Translations under genes and position numbers: made by a program
From: Felis catus
Lineage: Eukaryota
NCBI RefSeq assembly: GCF_018350175.1
Contig: NC_058368.1
Coordinates: 92,816,001-92,880,000 of the forward strand
Direction: 5' to 3'
Length of the DNA: 64,000 nucleotides
Notes under the pieces: generated by a model
Told to the model about the DNA's origin: nothing
Databases searched by the model: none
What the model saw: the letters and a program-made list of their open reading frames with translations, nothing else
Part shown: piece after piece, positions 12,793 to 25,756 of the stretch
Numbering within the stretch: the first letter of the stretch is position 1
How the letters are laid out: the number at the start of each line of letters is the position of its first letter

Positions 12793-13019
12793 TTTTTTTT
12801 TTAATTTTTTTTTCAACGCTTTTTATTTATTTTTGGGACAGAGAGAGACAGAGCATGAACGGGGGAGGGGCAGAGAGAGAGGGAGACACAGAATCAGAAA
12901 CAGGCTCCAGGCTCTGAGCCATCAGCCCAGAGCCTGACGCGGGGCTCGAACTCACGGACCGCGAGATCGTGACCTGCCTGAAGTCCGACGCCCAACCGAC
13001 TGCGCCACCCAGGCGCCCC
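12793..13019 (-). mobile_element. Young CpG-intact feline SINE
   Basis: Diagnostic GGCGCAGTCGGTT and CTGGGCTGATGGCTCAG; TSD TGAAGTTTTT. Confidence 0.95.
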
Positions 13020-13202
13020 TGAAGTTTTTAAGAGTAATAAGCTATATGACTCAGTGTTGGTACAGTTCAAAAAATGTTGAGTGATAAAGAGCAAGTTGTG
13101 AAGCATATGGATGATATTAGATCATTTGTCTACTTTTACAAACACAAACAATATTTTGTATGTTGTTTATTAATATGGAAATTTTAAAATGTGGAAATAT
13201 AA

Positions 13203-13431
13203 GAGGCGCCTGGGTGGTTCAGTGCGTTACATGTCCGACTTCGGCTCAGGTCATGATCTCGTGGTCCATGCGTTCAAGCCCTGTGTCTGTCTCTGTGCTG
13301 ACAGCTCAGAGCCTGGAGCCTGCTTTGGATTCTGTGTCTCCCCCTCTCTCTCTCTCTCTCTGCCCCTCCCCTGCTCCTGCTCTGTCTCTCTCAAAAATAA
13401 ACAAACATTAAAAAAAAATAATAAAAATAAA
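13203..13431 (+). mobile_element. CAN-SINE
   Basis: TSD AAAATGTRGAAATATAAGA. Confidence 0.92.
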
Positions 13432-13580
13432 ATGTAGAAATATAAGAAAACTTGAAATAATATATAGTGAACTTCCACTGTATCTTTAGTATATTTTTGT
13501 AAACTAAGAGTAAATATCCAGTGTTAACTTTCATTGATTCTGAGTGATGAGTATATAAATCTTTAAAAATATCACCGTCT

Positions 13581-13744
13581 TGGGGTGCCTGGGTGGCTTA
13601 GTCAGTTAAGCATCCGACTTCAGCTCAGGTCATGATCTCGGGGTCTGTGAGTTTGAGCCCCACTTTGGGCTCTGTGCTGACAGCTCAAAGCCTGGAGCCT
13701 GCTTTGGATTCTGTGTCTCCCTCTCTCTCTCTGCCCCTCTCCTA

Positions 13745-13778
<34 letters not shown>

Positions 13779-13797
13779 AAACAAAACATTAAAAAAA
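13581..13797 (+). mobile_element. CAN-SINE
   Basis: TSD ATCACCRTCTT. Confidence 0.92.
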
Positions 13798-14994
13798 TCA
13801 CCATCTTTACTCGTGCAGTTATGAAATATTCAATAATAATTGAAATAAATTAAGAGAGGAAAACTGTAAGGGGGTAGTCATGGTCTTTTCATATGTGTGT
13901 AGCAATTTTGTTTAGATATTGATGAGAACAGGAAGAGAGAGAGGGTGTGAGCTATTAATGTCCACAGCCTCCTTCTATACTCATGGAACCCAAGGTTGCT
14001 GATTCTCAAGTAGACAATTGGAACACTGTAGGATGAAATCATGAAGCTAGCAACACAGTCATTTTGGATATCACAGACTGGAGCTGAAGTGCTCCAAACA
14101 CACCCATGGGACAGTCTTTTATTCTTTCAGTAAGAACAGGTCAAGACCTAGATGTAAAGGACACAGCAGAGTATCTGCCGCTCTACAAATGCTCAGTGCT
14201 GCTTGTTGTTCTTGTATGAACTGAGGTATTCATAAATTTAAACTTTGTCTTTCAGAGTGTATACATGGCGTACAGCTTCTAAGAGTCTTTGGAGGTTGGG
14301 TGAAGGCTGAAAATCAAGACTGGGAAGAGCTTAGGAACTATTGTTTGAGATCTGTTACCGCCTTGCCAGTGGTGATCTGGTATCTGAGGCATTCGCTTTT
14401 CCATCCAAAGCATCCCCAAACCTTGGGGTGTTGGCTTGCAATAAGTAGGAAACTGTAGCCTCTAAAATCATTTAGGGAATGCCCTATGTCCTAGGAACTC
14501 TGAATTTTTGTTTGAAGGAGGTGGGCATCAAGGCATTGCCCTAGGAAGGTTGGCTGGCTAACTGGATGGGACACCGAAGGCTTTCCTTGGGCCATTCATC
14601 ACAGCCTGGAAGATGGCCTTAAGTGTTGCAGACTGTGAAACCCTGCTTGTGAATCACTAGCCAGATTGGTTTAGTAAAGTGGTAACCGTGGATCTGCCTT
14701 TCAGGGATGGAGTCACATTGAACCAAGCTCACAGAGGTTGATGTACACAAGCTAGAAGGTAGGCTATTAATTTACAGTGATCTGAGTACTTAGGTGAGCC
14801 TGACCAGTACATTTTCATCTCTTTAGCAAAGCTCCTGGAGGGCTGACCCACCAAATCAATCATAATACTTCTGTATGCTTAACCAAGATGTGTACCTTTT
14901 AGGACATTGCTTTAACAGACACTGCCAGCTTTTCTTTCTGTATTTATTTAGGCTTCTGTGTTTGACAAATTCCATTATACTTGCATTCTTCTTA

Positions 14995-15204
14995 AAAATT
15001 TTTTTAAGTTTATTTATTTATTTTGAGAGAGAAAGAGAGCCTGAGCAGGGAAGGGGCAGAGAGGGAGGGAGAGAGAGAACCATAGCAGGCTCCATGCTGT
15101 CAGCGCAGAGCCCGACACAGGGCTCAAACCCATGAACCTGAGATCATGACCTGAGCCAAAACCGAGAGTTGGCCACTTAACAGACTGAGCCACCCAGGCG
15201 CCCC
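14995..15204 (-). mobile_element. CAN-SINE
   Basis: Full body. Confidence 0.92.
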
Positions 15205-16034
15205 TATACTTCATTCTAAATGACTCTCCCATGTCTACCTCCTGGAGGTCACCCTGATATCCCTTTGACTGAACTTTTTGATTGTTCTCTAATGTTTCAG
15301 TGACACATTCCAAGCCATCTCTTGGTTCACTCCCCCAAGTGGTAAATCACAGTGACTCAGGGTAGATTTTGCTAGTTTAATTCTGAGGGCATCCACCCTT
15401 ATTTCCAAGTTCTTGGGGACTACTCACTCGTGGACTTTAGCAGCTTTTCCTTTTTCATTCTGTTGTTTCTGAGGATTTCAGCTAGCAGTGAGTGCCATTT
15501 CTCTTCTCTTCCTTTGAAGAAGATTTCTCATGGTAGCTGCCTTAGCAATGTCTCAGGGTCATCAGGGATAAGAATATAGGACCTTACGCTTTGTAGAGGT
15601 TCCATAGAAAAGCATCAGGCAGGTTCTTGTAACTATTACCCATGGTCATATGTTAGGAAATCATCTTCATATTGTTTAGGGAGGTTCTTGACTGTTTGTA
15701 TCATGAAACGTGCAGCCAAGAACTCAAACCATCCTATGTTCTGCCCATAGTGGATGTGTATCTTTAGGAATTTCTTTACGTGATGCTTTAAAATGGAGCT
15801 ATGGCATCCTCTAAACAACTGTTGCTGTAGGCTTGTCCAGCCTTTACCCCCAGCCCTCTCCTTCTGTCCTGGTCTCCATCTCTTAGAGCTTTCCCCAACT
15901 TCCTAGCCTTTACAAACCACCAGCTGATTGTCTAGATATTTCATTAGCTAGCTTTGTCCACTGGGTTGGTGTTGCCATAGTTAGCAAACATAAATGCAAA
16001 GAAAGGCACAAATTTAGCATAAAAATATGCCCCA

Positions 16035-16661
16035 TGTTCTCTATATTTATAGGTTTGAGTCTGCTTTTTGTTTATCTATTTGTTTTGTTTTTTAGATTCC
16101 ACATATAAGTGAAATTTTACGGTATTGTTTCTTTGTCTGACTTACTCCACTTAGCAGATTATCCGTATTGTTGCAAGTCTAAGATCTTCTTTTTTTCCTA
16201 ATGTTTAGTTTATTTTTGAGAGAGAGAGGAGGACAGAGGATCTGAAGTGGGTTCCATGATGACAGCAGAGAGCCTGATGTGGGACTCAAACTCACAAACT
16301 GTGAGATCATGACCTGAGCTGAAGTCGGATGCTCAACCAACTGAGCCACCCAGGTGCCCCAAGAGCTTATCCTTTTTTATGGTTGAGTAATATTCCACAG
16401 TATATATTTACCACATCTTTGTTCAGACAAAATGGGTGAGGGACAGTGGGAGATACAGGCTTACAGTTACAGGATGAATGAGTCACGGGAATACAAGGTA
16501 CAACATAGGGAGTATAGTCAATGGTATTGTGATAGCACCCTATGGTGGCAGATGGTAGTTGCCCTTGTGGTGAGCATAGTATAACATATAGACCTGTTGA
16601 GTCACTATGTTGTACACCTGAAAATAATGTAACATTATGTGTTGACTATCCAAAAAAAAAA
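16035..16661 (+). mobile_element. Short carnivore/L1MA9-like L1 with 5' inversion
   Basis: 16035-16421 is antisense 3'UTR/ORF2 end; 16424-16661 is sense terminal 3'UTR plus polyA. Confidence 0.8.
16190..16360 (-). mobile_element. CAN-SINE
   Basis: Typical body inside the L1. Confidence 0.9.
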
Positions 16662-16804
16662 GTTCTTTAAAAAGTACCTGTAAATGTGTATAGATAAAAC
16701 ATAATTGCTGTTAAAAAGTGTCCCACACAGTATCTGAGGTATACATATACTAAAAAAGAAGTCTGTTATTTATCTAAAATGTACATTTAACCAGGTGTCT
16801 TGTA

Positions 16805-17006
16805 TTTTTTAATGGTTGTTTATTTATTTTGAGACAGAGAGAAAGAGAGAGAGAGGGGCGTGTGGAGAGAATAGGGGGCAGAGGATCTGAAGCAGGTTCT
16901 GTGCTGCCACCTCCAAAGAGCCTGATGCAGGGCTTGAACTCAAAATCCATGAGATCATGACCTGAGCCAAAGTCGGATGCTTAACTGACTGAGCCACCCA
17001 GACGTC
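16805..17006 (-). mobile_element. CAN-SINE
   Basis: Typical body inside the MER53 arm. Confidence 0.9.
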
Positions 17007-18558
17007 CTGTCTCTTTTTGGCAATCCTACTGTGGCTTCTTCCCCCGCATCCAGCTCTTCAGATGCTTCCCCTCCATGACTAATCGCATTTTCTGAGATTC
17101 TACACTTTTCTTTCTTTTCAGAATGTAAACAATTCTACTGAGATGTAATTCACATCTCAGTTCACCCTTTAAGTGTAAAATTTACTGTTTTTTTAGAATG
17201 TCCCTATGCTTTGCCTCCGTCACTACAATATAATTTTGGAACATTTTCATCCCCCCCAGAAGAAGCCCATATCCCTCAATAGTCACTTCCCATACCTCCC
17301 CTTCTCCAACTTCCTCTGCTCTAAACAACCACTAATTTATTCTTAGTCTCTTTAGATTTGTCTGTTCTGGAAATTTCATATAAATGAAATCACATAATAT
17401 GTGGTCCTTTGTAACTGGCTTCTTTCTTTAGCATGTTTTCAGGCTTTATCCATGTTGTAGCACATATCAGTATTTCATTCCTTTTACGACTGAATAATAT
17501 TTTGTTGTATGAATATATATAGCCTATTTTATTTATCCATTCATCTGTTGGTCACTTTTTGGTTTGTATGAATGACACTGCTATGAATATTCATGTACAA
17601 GTTTTTGTGTGAACACACCTTTTCATTTCTCTTGGGTTGATACTTAGGCGTGGAACAGCTGGGTCTTAGGGTAATGCTATGTTTAACCATTTGAGGAACT
17701 GCTGAACTGTTTACCAAAATGCCTACATCATTTTCACGTTCCTACTGGCATATGAGGATTTCAGTTTCTCCACATTTTTCCCAACCCTTAATGTGGTCTC
17801 TCTCTCTCTCTCTTTTTTTTTTATTATAGTCATCCTCATGTAGTGAAGTAATATCTCATTGTAGTTTTGATTTACATTTCCCTGATGGAAATGTAAAACG
17901 ACAACAACATTTCATGTATATATTGGTTATTTGTATATCTTTTTTGGAGAAATGTCTGTTCAGATCCTTTGCCCATTTTTAAATTGGGTTGTCTTTTTAT
18001 TAGCGAGCTATAAGGTTTCTTTATATAGTCTGTATACAAATTCTTCATGAGAGATATTCTTTTTCCTAATATATCAGGAATATGTTTTCTCTTATTTGAT
18101 GGGTTGTAATTTTACTTTATGTTATTATTTGCAGCATGAAATTTTAAATTTTAACACAATCTGATTTACCCATTTTTTTTTCCTTTTGCCCCTTGAGTAT
18201 TTGGTGGCATTTCTAAGAAACCATTACCTAGCCCAACATAACTTCTTGTTTTCTTCTGAGAGTTTTATAATTTTAGTTCTCTGATCTTTAAATTTTGTGT
18301 ATGGTGTGTGGAACAAGCCCAATTTCATTATTTTACACAACTGCCCAGTTCACATAGCACCATTTGTTGAGAAGACTACTCTTTCCCCATCCAGTTACCT
18401 TGACACCCTGTGCAAAACGAGTTGACCATATTGGAAGGGTTTATTTTTGGAGTCTCAGTTCTCCTTCATTGATCTATATGTCTGTCTTTATGGCAGTGAC
18501 CCATCGTATGAAATACTGCAGCTTTGTAGTTAAGTTTTAAATTAAAGAAGTGTGAGTC

Positions 18559-18780
18559 TGGGGCGCCGGAGTGGCTCAGTTGGTTGAGCGTCTGACTTTG
18601 GCTCAGGTCATGATCTTATGATCTGTGAGTTCAAGCCCCTCATCGGGCTCTGTGCTGACAGCTCTGAGCCTGGAGCCTGCTTCAGATTCTGTGTCTTCCT
18701 CTCTCTCTGTGCCTTCCCACTCAGGCTCTGTCTCTCTCTATCTGTCAAAAATAAACATTAAAAAAAAATTTTTTTTTAAA
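18559..18780 (+). mobile_element. CAN-SINE
   Basis: TSD TAAAGAARTGTGAGTCT. Confidence 0.92.
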
Positions 18781-19999
18781 TAAAGAAATGTGAGTCTTCT
18801 AAGTTTGTTCTTAAGATTGTTTTAGTTCTTCTAGGTTTCTTTCCTTTACGTATGAATTTTAAGCTCAGTTTGTGCATTACTGTTTTTAAAAAGCCAGCTA
18901 GAATTTTAATATGGCTTTCACTGAGACTATAAATCGATTCGAGACATATGGGCAACGTAACAGTGACTTGTTTTCTGATCTATGAATATGAGATGTCTTT
19001 CCATTTATTTAGATCTTTAATTTCTTTTAACCATTTTCATAGTTTTAAGGGTGTGCTTTATATTTCTTTTGCAGACTGTATATTTAAGTATTTTATTCTT
19101 TTTGGTGCTATTGTAAAAGGAATTGTATTCTCCATTTCTGGATTTTTTTTTATTGCTGGTGGATAGAAATTTAATAGGTTTTTGTAATTTATCATTTACT
19201 CTGGAATTTAGCCAAACTTACTTGTTCTAATAATGTTTAGTGGAATTCTTAGGATTTTCTATATCCAGGATCATATTATCTGTGAATAAAGATAGTCTCA
19301 CTTCCTCCTTTCCAATCTAGATGCCCCTTCTTTCTTTTTGATTTCTAATTACTATCACTAGAACCTCCAGTACAATGTTGAATAGAAATGGTGAAAACAG
19401 ACTTTCTTACTTTGTTCCTGAACTTGAGTGGAGCAAAAGCTTTTTTTTTTTTTTTAAACCATTAAATATGATGTAAGCTGAAGATTTTTAAAATATCAGG
19501 CTGAGTTTCTTTCTACTCCTAGTTAGCTGAATGCTTTTATCATGAATGAGTATTGGATTTTGTCAAATACTTTTTTTTTGGCCTCCATTGTGATGATTGT
19601 GTGATTTTTGTTCTTGATGCTATTAATATAGTGATTATAATTGATTTTCAGATGTTAAGCCAATCTCGTGTTCCCGATCTACTTCCCACTTGGCCTTGGT
19701 ATGTACTACTTTGAGCATGTTGTGGGATTCACTCCGTTGGTATTTTGTTTAGAAATTTTTGCTTCTGTATTCATAAGGGATATTAATCTGTAGTTTTCAT
19801 TTCCTGTGATGTCTTTGTATCAGGGTAATACTAGTATTACAGAATAAGTTGAAAAGTGTTCCTCCCTCTTCTTTTTTGGGGAAAGAGTTTATAAAGGATT
19901 GGTATTCATTCTTTTTTGAATACTTGATAGAATTAATTCATCAGTGGGGCCAGCTGGGCCTGGGCTTTTCTTTGTGGGAAGTTTTAAAATAATTAATTC

Positions 20000-20226
20000 T
20001 TTTTATTTATTTATTTATTTTTTCAACGTTTATTTATTTTTGGGACAGAGAGAAACAGAGCATGAACGGGGGAGGGGCAGAGAGAGAGGGAGACACAGAG
20101 TCGGAAACAGGCTCCAGGCTCTGAGCCATCAGCCCAGAGCCCGACGCGGGGCTCGAACTCACGGACCGCGAGATCGTGACCTGGCTGAAGTCGGACGCTT
20201 AACCGACTGCGCCACCCAGGCGCCCC
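20000..20226 (-). mobile_element. Young CpG-intact feline SINE
   Basis: Perfect TSD TAAAATAATTAATTCT. Confidence 0.95.
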
Positions 20227-23147
20227 TAAAATAATTAATTCTATCTTTTTGTTGATGATTGGCCTACAAAGATTTTTCCATTTATTCTTGAGTCCGTTTT
20301 GATAATTGGCCATCATAAGAATTTGTCTATTTCATTGAAGTTACATCATTTGTTGGCATACAGTTATTCATAGTATTCTCTTTCTGTTTCTCTAAGGTCT
20401 GATTTTGTTCCTGACTTTGGTATTTTGTATTTACCTTCTTTTTGGTTTATAATCTAGTAAAAGACTTGTCAATTCTGTTGATCTTTTCAAAGAACCAATT
20501 TCTGTTTTTATCAATGTTCTCTCTTATATTTTTATTCCTAATGTCATTTATTTCTGCTATAATCTTTATTAGCTCCCTTCTGCTTGCTTTGTATTTGATT
20601 TGTTCTTATTTTTGTAGTTCCTTAAGATGGAACATGATGTTGTTCATTGAGATCCTTCTTCTTTGTTAACATAGATATTCACTGCTCTAAGTTTTACTCT
20701 GAATGCTGATTCAGTCGCAGCCCACAAGTTGTGTTATGTTGTGTTTTCATTTTCATTCATTTCAAAATATTTTCTAATATCCCTTGTGATTTCTTCTTTG
20801 GCCACTTGGCTATTAGTGCATTTTGTTTCCAGATATTTGTCAGTTTCCCAAATTTCCTTCAGTTATTGATTTCTGATTGAATTCATATGTGATCAGGAAA
20901 CATACTTTCTATTATTTCACCTATTTTCAATATATAGAGATTTGTTTTATAGTTCAGCATATTGTCTGCTCTGGAGGATGTGCTACTTATGTCTGAGAAG
21001 AACGTGTATTCTATAGCGTGGTCGGACTGTTCTAGAGAGAGCTGTTAGTTCTAGTTTGTGTATAGAATTCATCAAGTCTTATCTTTCCTTGTTGATTTTA
21101 TGCCAAGTTGTTCTACCCATTATTGGAAGTGAGGTAATAAAGTTTCCAACCATCATCGCTCAGTTGCCTACTTTTCCTTTCAATTCTGTCAGATTTGCTT
21201 CCTCTTGCCTTCCCTTGCTCACTGCGGAACTTCCAGCCTATGACGAGTTGGGGAGGGGGATCAGGGCCCCAGTATTCTCTGTCTACAGTGCCTGGGGTAG
21301 AACGTCTACCCTCCAGGTGACATCTGGGTGGAGGAATACAGACTCAGTCCTGTTGACCTCATCTGCCTGGAACATAGCTTCCGGAACATGCAGCTTGTGG
21401 GAGGGGGGAGACAAGGAGTGCCAAAAGCTGACTTCATCTCTGGTTGAATCCATAGCTTCAAACTGGGAGCCATTGAGGAGAGAGGAGCACCTGTCTTCTT
21501 GGCCACAAATGCCTGTGGTCGAGCTTCCCATGAGCTGGGGGATGGGTTTCATAGACTGAGTCATGGCTCAAATGCCACAGATTCTCTTTTTACTGACAGG
21601 TAGTAGATTTTGTTGAGTGAATGACTCTCCATTGGCTGTTTGCATTTAGGGCAGTTTCCAGAGAATATGAATGATTAATGATTGTTTTTTAATAATATGC
21701 ACCCGTTAAGTTGTTCTTTTTCTCAGGAGAAAGTCTTCCCAGCTCCCTCCTCCTTCCTTTGTTTTCGAAGATTCTGAAATACCACGATTTTTTGCTTCTT
21801 CCTATTTCCTCTCTTGCTTTTGGTTTGATGATTTATTTTTATAAGGAGATTGTTTCAGTGTTAATAACATGAAATATAATTATAGAAGTATATTCTAGAA
21901 ATAGTTTCTTCTCTGTCAGATTGCTGTCTGTCATTTCTTAGCTATTTCATGAACACAGATGGCTTCATTGAGATTTATGTGGAGGTTGAGTCTGATAAAA
22001 GTTGTAGGTAACATTACACTGAATCTGCTTTTGTTTCTCTATAACATTGATGTACTACTGTCTGTGAGCTTCTTCAGACAGCACTTTGGGGACAGTATCT
22101 TGGAACCTTATTCAGGCAAACCATCATACCTTCTGTTTGTTTGAACAGTGTCTTGTTACATGGCATTAAATTTCAGGCCAAACCTGATAATGGCCTCTGA
22201 TTTTTACCTGGATTTAATACTGGAGCTAAGGTGTAATCCCCAATCCAGACACAGTATACAGTTTTATAGTTGTAATAACATACTAATTATATTTCCCTCT
22301 ATTAGCCATGGTGTCTGTGATCAAAATGAAGGCAGAAATCATTTGCATGACAGAATTAATTTCAATGGACACGGGGCTTTCCCAATATTATGAGAGTCAA
22401 GCAAAGACGAGGCTATTTATGCCTTAGAGAAGGAAGTATGCTCAAACATTGTATAAACCCCCAAATTAGAGCAATTTTCTAGGTCTTTCCTGTCAGTTCT
22501 GGTCATTTTCTAATACAGCACTTTTTACCCAAATCCACATAATGGCAACAAGCATGGTGGTGGGAAGTGGAGAACTTACCAAGAGAAGTAACATCATGAA
22601 GCCCCCTTTCTTTATTATTCTGAGAGTTCTAAAGAATCATCTTGTTGTGAGTTCCTGGTTATGTTATGGTTCCCTGTTATGATACACCATTTCCACCTAA
22701 AACATTGAAGAATCCTGGTTTTATTAGATATTGTAGATCTTCTTGTTTGGTATTAAAAAAAATTCTTAGGTGCCAGATATTGTACATCACACAAGGAGGA
22801 GACATTCATCAATTCTATTTTATTTTCTGAGGACCCTAATTGGATCCAAACTCTGGAAGCATCCTTGTTTAACAATGGTTTAACAAAGCAGTTCCAACTT
22901 AACAGGAAAGGAAACCATTATAGTGTTTGCCCTGCTATTCAAGGCTTTTTTTGCTGGGTGGAAGATATTTGTGAGCAGTAAATGAAGGAGGGATGAGGAA
23001 AGCTTTAAGTTTCTTGGCTCCTTTGGATTTAACATCTAATTCTGTTTTAGCATCACACCATTTTGGGTTATTAGTTAATTCTTACAACATATTAAAACCC
23101 AGCATCTAAACTCCTGAGCCTTGTGTGAAAGGACAAGATTCTAACAT

Positions 23148-23451
23148 TTTTTAAAAAAAATTTTTAACGTTTTATTTTTGAGAGAGACAGAGAGAGACAG
23201 AGAGAGGGGAAGACACAGAATCCAAAGCAGGCTCCAGGCTCTGAGCTGCCAGCACAGAGCCCGATGCAGGTCTTGAACTCAAGAACCATAAGATCATGAC
23301 ATGAGCCGAAGTCAGGCACCCAACTGACTGAGCCACCCAGGCATCCCCCTAAGCCTTTACTTAAGTGAAAACAAATGTTCACAAAAAGACTGCCACACAA
23401 GTGTTTAGATCAGCCCTATTTGTGAAACTGTCTGAGCCACCCAGGCACCCC
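23148..23451 (-). mobile_element. Chimeric CAN-SINE: extra head, about 76-bp spacer, then a full SINE
   Basis: TSD CAAGATTCTAACAT at 23134-23147 and 23451-23464 brackets the whole unit. Confidence 0.85.
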
Positions 23452-24832
23452 AAGATTCTAACATCTTAATGGTTCCTCTTCCCATGTTCTTGGTTTGCAA
23501 GTTAAGACCTGGAAAAGCCAAGTGGCTTGTTGAAAATCATGTCTTTTGCTTTCAAGTCTAGTGATCATTTGAGCTCATGGAGCTACCTTACAGGAGCAGT
23601 AACTTCCTGGGATGTAAAGACAGTTCTTATGGCTCAACACTTCCTTTCCTATTCCTGGGTTTCCTAGACTCACCTGCCCAGAAAGTAGGAGTAGAATCTG
23701 GGGGGGTGGGGTAAGAGTTCTTCATGGCCCACCTTCCTGGCCCCAGCAAACCCTGCAGCCACTTGATTTATTTTTCTGAAATGGCAGAGACACATTACAG
23801 TGGAGCCCCCAAAGCCTAGGTGAGTTTGCAGAGCACAGCTCTGGGCTTACTGGTTTTGGACATGCAGAGTGAGAAAGTCACAAAGTCTGTTGTGTTAATC
23901 CACTGAGATTGCAGTGTCAGTATGGTACCTTGGCATCACCTTCTTCATATAATTTCCAAAGCACTGTAGGAGAAGAGATCACTTCATGCCATTTTGTTGC
24001 ATTAAAGATTCACATTGAAAATCGTGTGTGGAATTCTTTGGTAATGAGCACTAAGAAAGACACCACATTATTCATCTGGCTGAGGAATAGCAGGAAAGAG
24101 CCAGCTCACATGGAGCCGAAAGCCTGACAGGATCCTTCAAGTTTTTTCTTCTAATTCAGCAGACCATTTCTATGTTCTGGTAAAACACTGTCCATCCTTG
24201 CATAGAGGTGACACGGACTAAATTTTGGTTGTTGCGCAACACAGAAAACTAGTAGGAAGTGCGCTTACACTTGAGGTTCTGTCTTTGTAAAAAAGTAAAT
24301 AAATAAAATAATATTTTAAAACATATTTGAGAATAGCCTGGCTAAAATCACCCCATATGGAAGACACTAAAGATATTAAGTTTGCTTAGCTGCTTTACAG
24401 TGGATTCTAATGACACCAAAGTGTTTACCAGTAATATGATTTCTTTATATGCTGCACAGTCATTTTTATGTTACATTAACTTCATTTTGTGTTTTTTGGA
24501 TCATTCCCACAATGCTTAGTGTGCAGTGGGTTGTGACTTAATTGCCCTATTATGTGGTATTAATAACCTATAGAAAAAAAAAAAAAGGACCCAAAGCGTG
24601 AATTAAAAGGAGTGAGTCTTGGTTACTGGAGGTGGTATAGGAGACCAAACAATAGAATTATCACAAATGTAAATGGAATCTCCAGCAGAACATACCACCA
24701 GAATAAAGACCATTGAGAAGATTCCTTTTTTGGAAAGAAACTCCCCAAAATGCACCAATGGGGATTTATTTAAATCTGAATGAAGAGTTAAATACAACTC
24801 ACTTAAGGATGCCTTCTATTTTACAAATAACA

Positions 24833-25027
24833 CTTTTTAAAAAATGTTTATTTTTAGAGAGAGAGAGCATGAGCATGAGCAGAGAGAGACACAGAGAGAG
24901 AATCCCATGCAGGCTCCATGGTGCCAGTGTAGAGCCTGAGGTAGGGCTTGAACTCATGAACTGTGACATTAGGACCTGAGCTGAAATCAAGAGTTAGACA
25001 CTCAACCGACTGAGCCACCCAGGCCCC
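24833..25027 (-). mobile_element. CAN-SINE
   Basis: Typical body. Confidence 0.9.
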
Positions 25028-25489
25028 GCAAAACAATACTTCTTTCTCAGTATTTTACATCTAACTTAAAATGTCTAGATTCTCACTGCTCTGAACAGTA
25101 TATTAAAAAACTATAAGTGATAATACTTACAGGTTTAAAAAAAATTATGTAAGTCATTCCTTTTCAAAGGCGTCTGCCTCTTAGAGATGATCACATGGGG
25201 GGCAGTGTGAAAAGGACAGATACATCCCATTATTTTTCAAAAGTAAGGTTGTTAATGTACTAAATAGTACTGACTAGTAATTTCCCACTGTAGCTGTTCT
25301 TTACAGTTCAATTAAAGGAAATACTTGAAGATCAACGTTTAGAAAATTGGTGTAGTTCTCATAAATGCTAGTTAGTTGGGTTTTTCTCTGTTGCCTTTGA
25401 TTGTGTTTTTTGTTTTTTTTTTTTTGTTTTTATTTGTACAAAGTAGACAAGTCTGGAATAGTAGTTAAATTCGATCTGAAACAAGAATA

Positions 25490-25743
25490 TTTTTTTAAGT
25501 TTATTTATTTTGAGAGAGAGAGAGAGAGAGAGAATGAGATGGGGGAGGGGGAGGGGGCACAGAGACGGGGAGACAGCACAAGAAGGAGAGGAGCAGGGAG
25601 AGAGAGGGAGAGAGAATCCCAAGCAGGCTTCATGCTGTTAGCACAGAGCCTGATGTGGGGCTGGTCCTCACAAACCATGAGATCATGACCTGAGCCGAAG
25701 TCAGGAATTGGACGCTCATCCAAATGAGCCACCCAAGAGCCCC
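25490..25743 (-). mobile_element. CAN-SINE
   Basis: TSD CTGAAACAAGAATA. Confidence 0.9.
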
Positions 25744-25756
25744 TGAAACAAGAATA

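Larger units (their letters stand above)
15967..17028. mobile_element. MER53-like palindromic hAT MITE split by L1 and SINE insertions
   Basis: Left end GTTGCCATAGTTAGCAAA; right arm TATACTAAAAAA...TTATTTATCTAAAAT...TGGCAATCCTA. Confidence 0.7.
17110..21760 (-). mobile_element. Old L1 (L1MB/MC-like): 3'UTR, degenerate ORF2 and probable 5'-end remnant at 21200-21760
   Basis: Continuous decayed L1 sequence including the antisense RT motif GGATCATATTATCTGTGAATAAAG. Confidence 0.85.

Noticed and set aside
21056..21559. 167-aa ORF
   Set aside because: Antisense to an old L1 across an internal deletion junction, with a non-ATG start.
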